From positions 1-58,199 of IMG/VR virus record IMGVR_UViG_3300044724_011157: DNA of 58,199 nucleotides. One strand, 5' to 3'. The notes under the pieces are model-generated. The model was not told the origin of the DNA and made no database searches. It was given only the letters and a program-made list of their open reading frames with translations. How positions within the stretch are numbered: the first letter of the stretch is position 1; each line of letters starts with the position of its first letter. Source of the DNA: a virus. Lineage: Duplodnaviria; Caudoviricetes. Shown here one piece after another: positions 29,341 to 38,068 of this stretch. A program made the translations under genes and the position numbers.

Positions 29341-29843
29341 TTTAAATCTTTTCTTTCTTCGTCTCCATAGTTGATAAATAATTCTTGGCCTTTTTTGATT
29401 TTTTGGTTTGTTGTATATCTGAATACAAAATCTTTATAATCTATTGAATAGTCTATATTGTTATGTTTAGAGTGATTGTATATCATGCCGAAACCTAAAA
29501 CAGTTGCGCTAGAAAAAATTTTGGAAATATCTTCATACCCTAATTCTCTAATTTCTTCAAGGAATGAGTTTTGGAGCTCCTCGTCGTCTAGGAACATTGC
29601 GAGTTTAGACCTAAAGTCTAACCCTTGGTTTTCTTCGGGGGATAGATTTTTATCGTGAAATATAGAGAAGACATACCTTAATAGTTCTTTGTCTTGCATG
29701 TCTTTTGAGCAACCAGATATTATGAAGTGACATTCTTCTACAACTTCCCCTTCGTCTAGGTCTTGTGTGGCAAAAACACCTCTGCCTTTGACCTTCGATT
29801 TTCTGACTGCAATTTTTGTTGGAGGTACGAGCTCTTCTTTCAT
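29337..29843 (-). CDS. SET-domain protein-lysine methyltransferase
   Basis: KGRGVFA, GMIYNHS and KKGQELFINYG SET motifs; ATG 29843 in an ATGA overlap. Confidence 0.88.
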   Translation of the reverse strand: MKEELVPPTKIAVRKSKVKGRGVFATQDLDEGEVVEECHFIISGCSKDMQDKELLRYVFSIFHDKNLSPEENQGLDFRSKLAMFLDDEELQNSFLEEIRELGYEDISKIFSSATVLGFGMIYNHSKHNNIDYSIDYKDFVFRYTTNQKIKKGQELFINYGDEERKDLK

Positions 29844-30601
29844 GCTTTTTCTTTCCAGCTTTGAAAGCAAAATTCATTGCTTCCGAAGTGATCTAAGTTT
29901 GGCTTTGATAATGTTTTGAGTCCGCCGAAACTACGACTTGTTATGCATCTATATGTTTGGAATGCAGCGACATCTTTTTTTTCTTTATAATATATACTTT
30001 TTGTTGTTTCGGTTTTGTGTTTTTTATTCTCTGCATATTCTTTGACTTTTTTAGCAAGGAACTGATCAAATGGTAGCGAGTTATCTTCAATGAAGAAGGT
30101 TGGGTCGCAGAACTTAAAGCTTGGCGTACAGTTTGAGAACTTCATTAAATTGTTGTATATAAAGCTGTCATAAAAAGGAATTGCTAATAATAGCTTATCT
30201 TTGTTCCAGTGTTTCTTGAGCATCTTTTCGTCAACGCAGTTATAATTTTTGGTGAACGCTTCGCTGTAGATGTTATTGAGAATCTTGCAGCCCTCAAAAT
30301 TTTTGGAGAAAATAATAATTTTATGCGAAGAACTCATCTTTTCGTTTTTTGGATCGATACTTGCGTCCTCCCTCATATTTATGCGAAGTCCAAAAATTAA
30401 TTTTATATTTAGTTTCTCGGCGTTTTTCTTGGCCTGTAAAAATCCTGTCAAGGAATCCTCGACTAGTACAACTTCTTTTAGGTTATTTTCTACAGCAATA
30501 CTAAAAATACTATCTGCTCCACCTTCTTTATGTGTAATTGGGTCGTCTAGAGTTAATATACTTTTGCCGATTGAATAATGACTTTTGAATAAAGGTAACA
30601 T
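29840..30601 (-). CDS. stand-alone PHP domain of DNA polymerase III alpha
   Basis: LFKSHYSIGKS...LVEDS..GF....K..IKLIFG...IIFSKNFEGCK.L follows the DnaE PHP pattern with degenerate metal ligands. Confidence 0.75.
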   Translation of the reverse strand: MLPLFKSHYSIGKSILTLDDPITHKEGGADSIFSIAVENNLKEVVLVEDSLTGFLQAKKNAEKLNIKLIFGLRINMREDASIDPKNEKMSSSHKIIIFSKNFEGCKILNNIYSEAFTKNYNCVDEKMLKKHWNKDKLLLAIPFYDSFIYNNLMKFSNCTPSFKFCDPTFFIEDNSLPFDQFLAKKVKEYAENKKHKTETTKSIYYKEKKDVAAFQTYRCITSRSFGGLKTLSKPNLDHFGSNEFCFQSWKEKA

Positions 30602-30608
30602 GCCCATT

Positions 30609-30637
30609 ATTTTATCAAAAAACATTCAAGCTGTCAA
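30609..30637 (-). promoter_or_regulatory. sigma70-like promoter of the polymerase operon
   Basis: TTGACA-N17-TAAAAT with an extended -10 TG; ATG 30601 follows after 7 nt. Confidence 0.75.
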
Positions 30638-30671
30638 GCTGTAAAAGTTGTTCACAACAACAAAATTCAAA

Positions 30672-30700
30672 TTGACATAACTCTGTTGAAATGTTAATAT
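30672..30700 (+). promoter_or_regulatory. sigma70-like promoter of nrdA
   Basis: TTGACA-N17-TAATAT with TGn extension. Confidence 0.75.
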
Positions 30701-30712
30701 TTAAGGTAATTT

Positions 30713-33145
30713 ATGGATATAAAAGTAAAAAAAAGAAATGGTCGTCTTCAGGACTTTATCGTCGAGAAGATTAATGCTAATGTAGAGCGTGCATGCGAAG
30801 GAATATCTGATGTCTCAGTCAGTGAAATTGTATTGGATGCACAACTTCAATTATACGATAAAATCACAACCAAGGAGATTGATACGTCACTTATATTAAG
30901 TGCTCGCGAAAAGATCGAGAAGGAGCCTAATTATAGTTACGCTGCGGCTCGTCTATTGTTAAATACAGTATATAAAGAAGTATTTAAAGAAGGGGTTGAT
31001 AGTGATGCTTTTCGATTGCAATATCGCAAAAGTTTTATTCAGAACATTAAGAGGCTCGTTAAAAGTGGAAGGTTAAATGAGCGCATGTTAGAATATGATT
31101 TGAGCGCATTATCAGAGGCAATTCGCATTCGTCGAGATGAAAGCTTTAAGTATCTTGGTATTCAGATTCTCGCCGACAGATATTTTATTCGAGAAGATGA
31201 CAAGATCATGGAGGCCCCGCAAAGCTTTTGGATGCGTGTCGCTATGGGTCTCGCGCTTAACGAAGAAAACAAAGAAGAATGGGCGATTAAGTATTATGAT
31301 ATGTTTAGTCAATTTTTATATACTTCTTCCACTCCAACTTTATTTAATAGTGGCACCGCAAGATCTCAGTTGAGCAGTTGCTATTTGAATACATTTGATG
31401 ATAGTATCGATGGAATTTTTGATGGCGCATGGCAAGAAGCAAGGAAAAGTAAATATGCTGGGGGACTTGGTCTTGATGTCACTCCGTTTCGTTCGACAGG
31501 TTCGCATATCGAGGGTACAAATGGTATCTCTAGTGGGCTTGTTCCATGGTTAAAGATTTACAACGACCTTTTGGTTGCAGTCAATCAAGGTGGCAAGCGT
31601 CCAGGTGCAGGCTGTGCATATCTTGAGCCTTGGCATCTCGATTTCGAAGACTTTCTTAATCTTCGCAGAAACACAGGCGATGATCGTTTGCGTTGTCACG
31701 ATATGAATACCGCAGCATGGGTTCCCGATGAATTTATGCGCCGTGTTCAAAATGAAGATGTTTGGTATTACTTTGATCCAAAAGATACAGCGCTCGAAGA
31801 TGGTACAACCCTGCACGATCTTTTTGGCAAAGACTTTGATCGCAGGTACAATGAATTATGCGATATGGCAGAAGCAGGAGAGATCAAGAATTACCGAGTA
31901 GTTCCTGCAAAAGAATTATGGAAAAAAATGCTCAAGGTATTGTTTGAGACCTCGCATCCATGGAACACATTCAAGGATCCATGCAACATTCGTTATACAA
32001 ATCAGCACGAGGGGGTTGTTCACAGCAGTAATCTTTGTACTGAAATTACGCTTCATACGAAAGCCTCTGAGTATGAAAAAGGAGAAAAAACTAAAACCGG
32101 AGAAACTGCTGTATGTAATCTTGGGTCGGTCAATCTACTAAATCATTTAAAAGATGATAATACATTCGATTATGATAAATTAGAAAATACAATTCATACT
32201 GCAATTCGTGCATTGGATAGTGTTGTTGATCTTAATTTTTATCCTACCAAAGAAGCAGAGAATAGTAATTTGAAGCATCGTCCTATTGGATTAGGTTTGA
32301 TGGCATTACATGATGTGTGTCATCGTATGAATATCAATATTGATAGTGATGAAGCGGTAGAATTTAATGATAATTTGTTTGAGTTTTATTCATATCACGC
32401 AATTCTTGCAAGCTCTAAACTGGCGAAAGAGAAAGGTAAATATGCTACATTCGATGGTTCGTTGTGGAGTCAGAACAAGTTGCCGATTGATTCATACGGA
32501 GATTTGATGAAGTATAAAGGCAAGCGCCCCAAGATCACCAGTAATCTGAATTGGGATGAGGTTCGTAACCACATTGCGTCAAATGGAATGCGTAATAGTA
32601 ATGTTATGGCGATCGCTCCAACTGCTACAATTGGTTATATCAATGGTGTTGAGCAAAGTATCGAGCCAAACTTTTCGGTATTATTTGTATACGAAAACAA
32701 AAGCGGCAATTTCTTTATTACTAATCAACATTTTATTGATGACATGAAAGCAGCAGGCCTTTGGAATAGTAATGTTGCGGAACTTGTAAAAAGTGTTGAC
32801 GGAGATTTATCTTTGCTGAATGGAGACATTCCGGTTGAATTAAAAGAAAAATATAAAACAGCATTTGACCGAGACATGTTTAAGTTAATTGAATGTAATG
32901 CAGTTCGCCAAAAATGGATTGATCAAGCAGTAAGTTTTAATTTATACAACAAGTCTACTTCATTAAAGTATTTGAATGATGTATATATGGCATGTTGGGA
33001 AGCCGGATTGAAAACAACATACTATTTACGCAATCGCGCCGCGTCAAAAGTAGAAAAAGCAAACACTGAAACAAAAAGCGCAGAAGCTACAGCTTGTAGT
33101 ATCGAGGCAATGAAAAACGGTGGAACTTGTGAAAGTTGCCAATAA
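30713..33145 (+). CDS. nrdA: ribonucleoside-diphosphate reductase alpha subunit
   Basis: ATP cone (VKKRNG), TPTLFN, SSCYL, SNLCTEI, VCNLGS, APTA, TYYLR and C-terminal CESC. Confidence 0.96.
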   Translation: MDIKVKKRNGRLQDFIVEKINANVERACEGISDVSVSEIVLDAQLQLYDKITTKEIDTSLILSAREKIEKEPNYSYAAARLLLNTVYKEVFKEGVDSDAFRLQYRKSFIQNIKRLVKSGRLNERMLEYDLSALSEAIRIRRDESFKYLGIQILADRYFIREDDKIMEAPQSFWMRVAMGLALNEENKEEWAIKYYDMFSQFLYTSSTPTLFNSGTARSQLSSCYLNTFDDSIDGIFDGAWQEARKSKYAGGLGLDVTPFRSTGSHIEGTNGISSGLVPWLKIYNDLLVAVNQGGKRPGAGCAYLEPWHLDFEDFLNLRRNTGDDRLRCHDMNTAAWVPDEFMRRVQNEDVWYYFDPKDTALEDGTTLHDLFGKDFDRRYNELCDMAEAGEIKNYRVVPAKELWKKMLKVLFETSHPWNTFKDPCNIRYTNQHEGVVHSSNLCTEITLHTKASEYEKGEKTKTGETAVCNLGSVNLLNHLKDDNTFDYDKLENTIHTAIRALDSVVDLNFYPTKEAENSNLKHRPIGLGLMALHDVCHRMNINIDSDEAVEFNDNLFEFYSYHAILASSKLAKEKGKYATFDGSLWSQNKLPIDSYGDLMKYKGKRPKITSNLNWDEVRNHIASNGMRNSNVMAIAPTATIGYINGVEQSIEPNFSVLFVYENKSGNFFITNQHFIDDMKAAGLWNSNVAELVKSVDGDLSLLNGDIPVELKEKYKTAFDRDMFKLIECNAVRQKWIDQAVSFNLYNKSTSLKYLNDVYMACWEAGLKTTYYLRNRAASKVEKANTETKSAEATACSIEAMKNGGTCESCQ

Positions 33146-33162
33146 CTTGATCCGCTTTAGAT

Positions 33163-33191
33163 TTGACAACGTTATACATATTTGATATATT
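33163..33191 (+). promoter_or_regulatory. sigma70-like promoter of nrdB
   Basis: TTGACA-N17-TATATT with TGn; ATG follows after 6 nt. Confidence 0.7.
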
Positions 33192-33197
33192 ATAAAC

Positions 33198-34211
33198 ATG
33201 GAAACTAAAACAGGAGAACTTCTCACCGAGAACATCGCAGGTGTAAATCGAATCTTACCACATAAACATAAATTTGCATGGGATTTATTCTTAAAAAGTT
33301 GCGCCAACAATTGGATGCCTACAGAGATAAGCATGCAATCTGATATTAAACAATGGAAAAACGATGAAATTACAGACGATGAAAAATTACTTGTTAAACG
33401 CTGCCTTGGCTTTTTTGCTGGATCTGAGTCTTTGGTTGGTAATAATCTTTTGCTTAGCGCCTTTAGATATATTACTGACGCTGAGTGCCGCCAGTATATC
33501 TTGCGTCAAGCGTTTGAAGAAAGCCTTCACAATCTCACGGTAGTATATATTTGTGACAGTTTGGACCTCGATATCGAAGAGGTGTTTGCGGCATATGAAA
33601 CAATTCCTAGCATCAAGGCCAAGGATGATTTTCTTATGCAAATCACCAACGATATTAGTCGACAAGACTTTGACGCTCATAGCATCGAAGGAAAGCAAGA
33701 AATTCTGCGCAACTTTTTGACCTATTGGATTGTGTGTGAAGGAACGTTTTTCTTTAGCGGATTTGCTATGCTCCTTGCGCTTGGTCGCCAAAACAAACTG
33801 CAAGGCATCTCTGATCAAATCAAGTATACTCTGCGCGACGAAAGCTCGCATATTGCATTTGGAACATATCTTATTAATACTCTTATTGAACAGAATCCAG
33901 AAATCTGGACAGAGGAAATTCAGCAAGAATTTGTGGACCACATGAAAAAAGCTGTTGAGCTTGAGATTGCATATGCACACGATGTTTTACCAACAGGTAT
34001 TCTTGGATTGAATGCAGATATGTTTGTTGATTATATGCATTATATTGGCAATCGTAGACTAGAAGGTATTGGGTTAGATTATCGCTTTCCAAGTGACAAG
34101 AATCCATTTCCTTGGCTTAGTGAAGTTGTTGATGTGCAAGCGATGGGTAATTTCTTTGAGCGTCGCGTGCGCGAGTATCAACAAAGCGGCGCACTTGAAG
34201 ACGACTTTTAA
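33198..34211 (+). CDS. nrdB: ribonucleotide reductase beta subunit, class Ic (R2c)-type
   Basis: FFAGSESLV, EESLH, EGTFFFSGF, RDESSH and NFFE motifs; Glu as first ligand and Val at the radical-Tyr position. Confidence 0.93.
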   Translation: METKTGELLTENIAGVNRILPHKHKFAWDLFLKSCANNWMPTEISMQSDIKQWKNDEITDDEKLLVKRCLGFFAGSESLVGNNLLLSAFRYITDAECRQYILRQAFEESLHNLTVVYICDSLDLDIEEVFAAYETIPSIKAKDDFLMQITNDISRQDFDAHSIEGKQEILRNFLTYWIVCEGTFFFSGFAMLLALGRQNKLQGISDQIKYTLRDESSHIAFGTYLINTLIEQNPEIWTEEIQQEFVDHMKKAVELEIAYAHDVLPTGILGLNADMFVDYMHYIGNRRLEGIGLDYRFPSDKNPFPWLSEVVDVQAMGNFFERRVREYQQSGALEDDF

Positions 34212-34280
34212 ATAGAAATGAAGTTTATCACTGCATTGTATTAAATTATAATTTAAAGAGCCACTTTATTTTATTTAGAT

Positions 34281-34305
34281 AAGCCCCCAGAGATGGGGGC
34301 TTTTT
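34281..34305 (+). terminator. rho-independent terminator after nrdB
   Basis: AAGCCCCCA-GAGA-TGGGGGCTTTTT. Confidence 0.85.
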
Positions 34306-34307
34306 AT

Positions 34308-34324
34308 TTGGCACGAAAGTAGCA
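34308..34324 (+). promoter_or_regulatory. sigma54 (RpoN)-type -24/-12 promoter
   Basis: TTGGCACGAAAGTAGCA has GG-N10-GC spacing and one mismatch to TGGCACG-N4-TTGCW. Confidence 0.65.
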
Positions 34325-34400
34325 AATATATAAGTGTGAATATCAAAAACACAGTGTTTTTGTGACACATCGTCTCAAACAATTAAATATTAATTACAAA

Positions 34401-34808
34401 ATGTCATACTATATAAACAATTCATACAACAAAAATACTAACGCATGGAGCAATCTTTTTGATGAAATACTCTCAGATTCACTGTTTGACACAGTTGAGT
34501 CAAAACGTCGCGCAAATATTGTGTCTCGAGAAAAAGAAATTGAAATACAATTAGAATGCCCCGGCGTCTCAAAAGAGGATATCCAACTATCTTGTGAAAG
34601 TGGTGTTCTAAAAGTTGTGTGCAAATCGCCGCAACAACAAGAAGAACAATACCTACATCAACAATTTGAACCGCGCGAGTCGACCAATCTATTCACCCTC
34701 AAAAACGAACTCGACACAAACAAAATCAAGGCCACAAACAAAGATGGCATACTATACATAAACATACCCAGAAAACAACAAAAAACAAAACGTATAGAAA
34801 TAGATTGA
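34401..34808 (+). CDS. small heat-shock protein (Hsp20/alpha-crystallin)
   Basis: ECPGVSKEDI, IKATNKDGILYINIP and C-terminal IEI motif; ATG 34401 preferred over GTG 34362. Confidence 0.88.
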   Translation: MSYYINNSYNKNTNAWSNLFDEILSDSLFDTVESKRRANIVSREKEIEIQLECPGVSKEDIQLSCESGVLKVVCKSPQQQEEQYLHQQFEPRESTNLFTLKNELDTNKIKATNKDGILYINIPRKQQKTKRIEID

Positions 34809-34832
34809 CTTTTGTGAAATTTATGATATTAT
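34805..34832 (+). promoter_or_regulatory. sigma70-like promoter
   Basis: TTGACT-N16-TATTAT with TGn, upstream of 34848. Confidence 0.55.
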
Positions 34833-34847
34833 ATACAGTTTAAAATT

Positions 34848-35498
34848 ATGAAAACTAAATTATTAACACTTGCTGCTTTGGCAGCCCTTTCTATTAACGC
34901 AGCTTTTGCTGGATCTGGATCTTTGTCCACCGGCTACGGCTCGGATGTATTTCGTCGCGGATCTCTGATCTCAGAAGATTCTCTACAAACGTCCGCATCT
35001 TATATCACCGCAAGGGGTGGATTTGATGTTTCAGTTGGCGCGCAAACCGCACACAGCACAGGTGCAGACAGCGATGTTTATATTCTTTCTGGTGGTGTTG
35101 GCAAGAGCCTTGGGTCATTGCTTTCTGTTTATGGCGGAATTGAGCATTTTGAGCAGCTTGATGGCGCAAGCAATCTTGATGTTGTATTGAGTGCAGATTT
35201 GAATACTTTGTTGAATCCAACCGTTTCTGCGGCTCGTAATGTTGATGAAAGTCAATACACATTCGAAGCTGGCCTATCGCACGACATTTCTATCAATAAT
35301 ATTGATTTGTCGGTTCGCGGAACACTTGGTAATACAGATCTAAACGCTGGAGATAATATTGATTATTATTCTGTTGGCGTTGGCGCAAGCAAAAGCCTGA
35401 CCAAGAATCTTACTCTTTCATTGAGCGTTGATCAGGTAAATTCTGATGTTATCGAAAGCGATTGCATTGTTGCCGCCGCATTGACTGCGAGTTTTTAA
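34848..35498 (+). CDS. outer-membrane beta-barrel protein (TorF/TIGR02001-like putative porin)
   Basis: Sec signal peptide (AFA cleavage), alternating amphipathic strands, GYGSDVFRRG and C-terminal Phe. Confidence 0.7.
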   Translation: MKTKLLTLAALAALSINAAFAGSGSLSTGYGSDVFRRGSLISEDSLQTSASYITARGGFDVSVGAQTAHSTGADSDVYILSGGVGKSLGSLLSVYGGIEHFEQLDGASNLDVVLSADLNTLLNPTVSAARNVDESQYTFEAGLSHDISINNIDLSVRGTLGNTDLNAGDNIDYYSVGVGASKSLTKNLTLSLSVDQVNSDVIESDCIVAAALTASF

Positions 35499-35520
35499 AT
35501 TTATTGAATATGGTTACTTG

Positions 35521-35548
35521 GCCTCCTCGGAAACGAGGGGGCTTTTTT
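35521..35548 (+). terminator. rho-independent terminator
   Basis: GCCTCCTCG-GAAA-CGAGGGGGC-TTTTTT. Confidence 0.85.
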
Positions 35549-35648
35549 GTGTCATATTAAAAAAAATCTATCTTTACTATTGCAAGTATATGATGTGTTG
35601 TTTATTTCTCCAACGAATGATATAGCCCTTGGGCTGTTTCGTGCATAC

Positions 35649-35873
35649 TTAGATAATATCTTCAGATGTCCACTCAGGACCACTCAAGATGTTTAGTATC
35701 TCTTCGTGATTATGCTCCGTCTTGCCGCTAAGAAAAGATGGTTGAGCGCCTTCGTACTTAACGAATGTCTTAGTGCCGTCTAATGAGTAGCTAAGTGTGT
35801 CGATTGATCCCTCCTTGACGTCGCTAAAATCCACAGTCCCTAACTCAGATGTATTTAAGATAACATATTTCAT
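35649..35873 (-). CDS. small conserved phage protein (fibre-associated), copy 2
   Basis: 74 aa; VDFS.V.E.S.DTL.YS.D.TKTFVK.EG..P.FL..K....H..IL..L...EW; paralogue of 36732..36959. Confidence 0.7.
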   Translation of the reverse strand: MKYVILNTSELGTVDFSDVKEGSIDTLSYSLDGTKTFVKYEGAQPSFLSGKTEHNHEEILNILSGPEWTSEDII

Positions 35874-35874
35874 A

Positions 35875-36729
35875 CTAAGCGGCGTTGGTATTATCTATAG
35901 ATGCTTGATTGACTAGAGTCAGATTGTCAGAGTTAAGATCATTAGTGGACATATCGTAAATAGTTGTACCACTACCCGCTTCTGTGCCGTCTCCCATTCT
36001 CCACCAGGCTTTCAAGTTAGCACTAGATGAGTAGTCTCCACCATCTGAGTTTAAGTTAAATGGTTGATTGTCATTATACAGTTGTGAAACCTCGCTCGCA
36101 GTTAGCACACTATTAAACAAAGCTAACTCATCAATATTACCAGCAAAGTGACGAGCGGCAGTCGTCTGTGAATAATACAACTCTCCGACATGAGTCTTGC
36201 TGTAAGTAAAACTGTTTAGAGTGTTTGAACCTGTTGTGTCTAAGCTACCGTTAATATAAAGTTTTGTCTCACCTGTAGTAACTGTAGCCGCTACATGATA
36301 CCAAGTATTTGATAATAAAGAAGATGTGGAGGTAGTAGAAGATTGGTAGGTCTGAAAAGATAGATTATTACCTGCACCCCACACCCCAAAAAATCGACCT
36401 TGTCCAGTAGCGGCTGATCCCCAGCTTATTATAGTTCTAATATTATTGGTTGAAGCATTAGCGGTCAAATATATCCAAGCTGAAATTGTAAGTGGGTTGC
36501 TGAGTTGTATCTCACTAGAACCTGCCACTTCTGCGTGGTCATCTGTGCCGTCCAAACTCAAAGAATAAGCATTGGCAACAAGTTGTAAAGAAGCTTCGTC
36601 ACTATTATACACCCGCCAATTCGTGCCGTCATAGATGACGTATCTTTTCGTGTCCGTTTCAAAGTAAGCATCGCCCGCAGACGGTGAGCCGGGACGAGTT
36701 GATGATGTTGTTGTTTGTATTGTTGTCAT
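35875..36729 (-). CDS. LamG/concanavalin A-like lectin domain fibre protein
   Basis: Likely start ATG 36729 (MTTIQTTTSSTRP..GDAYFETDT); YSLSLDGTDD, WYHVAAT, LYING, GNIDELALFN and WWRMGD motifs. Confidence 0.8.
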   Translation of the reverse strand: MTTIQTTTSSTRPGSPSAGDAYFETDTKRYVIYDGTNWRVYNSDEASLQLVANAYSLSLDGTDDHAEVAGSSEIQLSNPLTISAWIYLTANASTNNIRTIISWGSAATGQGRFFGVWGAGNNLSFQTYQSSTTSTSSLLSNTWYHVAATVTTGETKLYINGSLDTTGSNTLNSFTYSKTHVGELYYSQTTAARHFAGNIDELALFNSVLTASEVSQLYNDNQPFNLNSDGGDYSSSANLKAWWRMGDGTEAGSGTTIYDMSTNDLNSDNLTLVNQASIDNTNAA

Positions 36730-36731
36730 GT

Positions 36732-36959
36732 TTATAATGGTTCTGTGTTGGCCCACTCTTCTCCAGCAAGCACTTCTAGAATTTGTGTATGTGTGTATTG
36801 TTGCTTGCCTGATAAAAAAGCCGGAACATCTCCTTCGAATTTTACAAATGTTTTTGTGTTGTCGATAGAATACCTCAAGGTATCTGCCGAGGTTTCTTTC
36901 ACTTTGGAAAAGTCCACATTTGCGACTTCTGATGCGTCTATTATTATATAATTTGTCAT
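36732..36959 (-). CDS. small conserved phage protein (fibre-associated), copy 1
   Basis: 75 aa; paralogue of 35649..35873; ATGA overlap with the upstream LamG gene. Confidence 0.7.
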   Translation of the reverse strand: MTNYIIIDASEVANVDFSKVKETSADTLRYSIDNTKTFVKFEGDVPAFLSGKQQYTHTQILEVLAGEEWANTEPL

Positions 36960-38065
36960 GATGGTATTGTGGTTGAAAATGTTGGTCCGTTGATGAGTGT
37001 GCCGTTATTACCGCCACTACCTTGATCTGTTATAGTCGTACCTGTTCCTGAGTCGTTGTCTCCCATTCTCCACCAACCTACGGGACTTAAAGAAGATATG
37101 TCGTTAGGTGTTCCGCTGTTATATAAAGAAGCTGCCTCAGAGGAAGATAATATTGAATTAAAAAGAGCAACCTCATCCACGTTTCCTTTGAGTGGGCGAT
37201 CACTGCGAGCGCTTGATCCAATGTATAAATCTAAATTATTTTGATACATACTCGAAGGAGCTCCACCGCTACCATCTTGAGAAAAACTAGGCGTTATAGA
37301 TGATCCGTCTAGATATGCTTGATATGTATCGTTGGCAATATCACAAGTAAGTGCAAAGTGATGCCAGTTGTCATCCGGTGTATCTAGCTCATTAAACCGT
37401 AAATCTTTATAAACAATACTGCCAGATCCATACACACTAGCGCTTATTCTGTTGTTGCTAGTGTTAGATCTATTGTCAAATATAAGAAAAAATCCTCTGG
37501 TAGTATTTGGAGTTGTGTATCCGTTGTCTTGAGCGATAATTGAATGTATATCTTGTTTTGTTGTGTCTATTTTAAACCAAACTGAATATGAGAAAGTTGT
37601 TGGTGACAATGCTGAATCTATCGATCCTACATCAACATAATCATCTGTACCATCAAAGCTTAAGCTATAAGTATTAGTAAAAGTATCATCTTTGAAGACG
37701 TACCAAGCGCTACCGTCATAAATATAAAAATCACCAGTATCAGTACCATATGCCACCGTCACTTCGTCGGTTGGGTTGGTTGGTGTGCTTGCTAAGATAT
37801 TCACTTCTGTGTCGCGAGTAGAAATGTTGAATATATCTTGCAAGGATTGTACATCAGATTGCAATGTTGTTACATCTGTTTGCAATGTTGTTACATCAGA
37901 TTCTATGGTTGTAATATTAGACAATGATCCAATATTTGCAGATGTAATAACAAGGTGGTCATTAATGTATAATTGCCCACTAATTTCTTGCAACATAATA
38001 TCATAATCACTATTGTTGCTTGTAGTGAGTTTTATCTTATTGAAGCTTTGTGCGCGAGAAGCCAT
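36956..38065 (-). CDS. LamG/concanavalin A-like lectin fibre protein with short coiled-coil stalk
   Basis: DVTTLQT heptads, AYGTDTGDFYIYDG anchor, YSLSFDGTDD, WHHFALT, GNVDEVALFN and WWRMGD. Confidence 0.8.
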   Translation of the reverse strand: MASRAQSFNKIKLTTSNNSDYDIMLQEISGQLYINDHLVITSANIGSLSNITTIESDVTTLQTDVTTLQSDVQSLQDIFNISTRDTEVNILASTPTNPTDEVTVAYGTDTGDFYIYDGSAWYVFKDDTFTNTYSLSFDGTDDYVDVGSIDSALSPTTFSYSVWFKIDTTKQDIHSIIAQDNGYTTPNTTRGFFLIFDNRSNTSNNRISASVYGSGSIVYKDLRFNELDTPDDNWHHFALTCDIANDTYQAYLDGSSITPSFSQDGSGGAPSSMYQNNLDLYIGSSARSDRPLKGNVDEVALFNSILSSSEAASLYNSGTPNDISSLSPVGWWRMGDNDSGTGTTITDQGSGGNNGTLINGPTFSTTIPS

Positions 38066-38068
38066 GGT

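Noticed and set aside
33387-33980. 197-aa antisense ORF in nrdB and other antisense or nested ORFs (e.g. 51292..51834, 55109..55525, 45064..45477)
   Set aside because: They shadow well-supported genes and show no motifs or initiation signals
34334-34338. GTGTG upstream of hsp20 as a GTGTA-class element
   Set aside because: It mismatches the motif and is far from the ATG; the sigma54-type site explains this region better
36730-37017. N-terminal extension of the track's 380-aa ORF 35875..37017
   Set aside because: It overlaps the convincing 75-aa gene 36732..36959 in another frame and reads as non-protein-like; the likely start is ATG 36729
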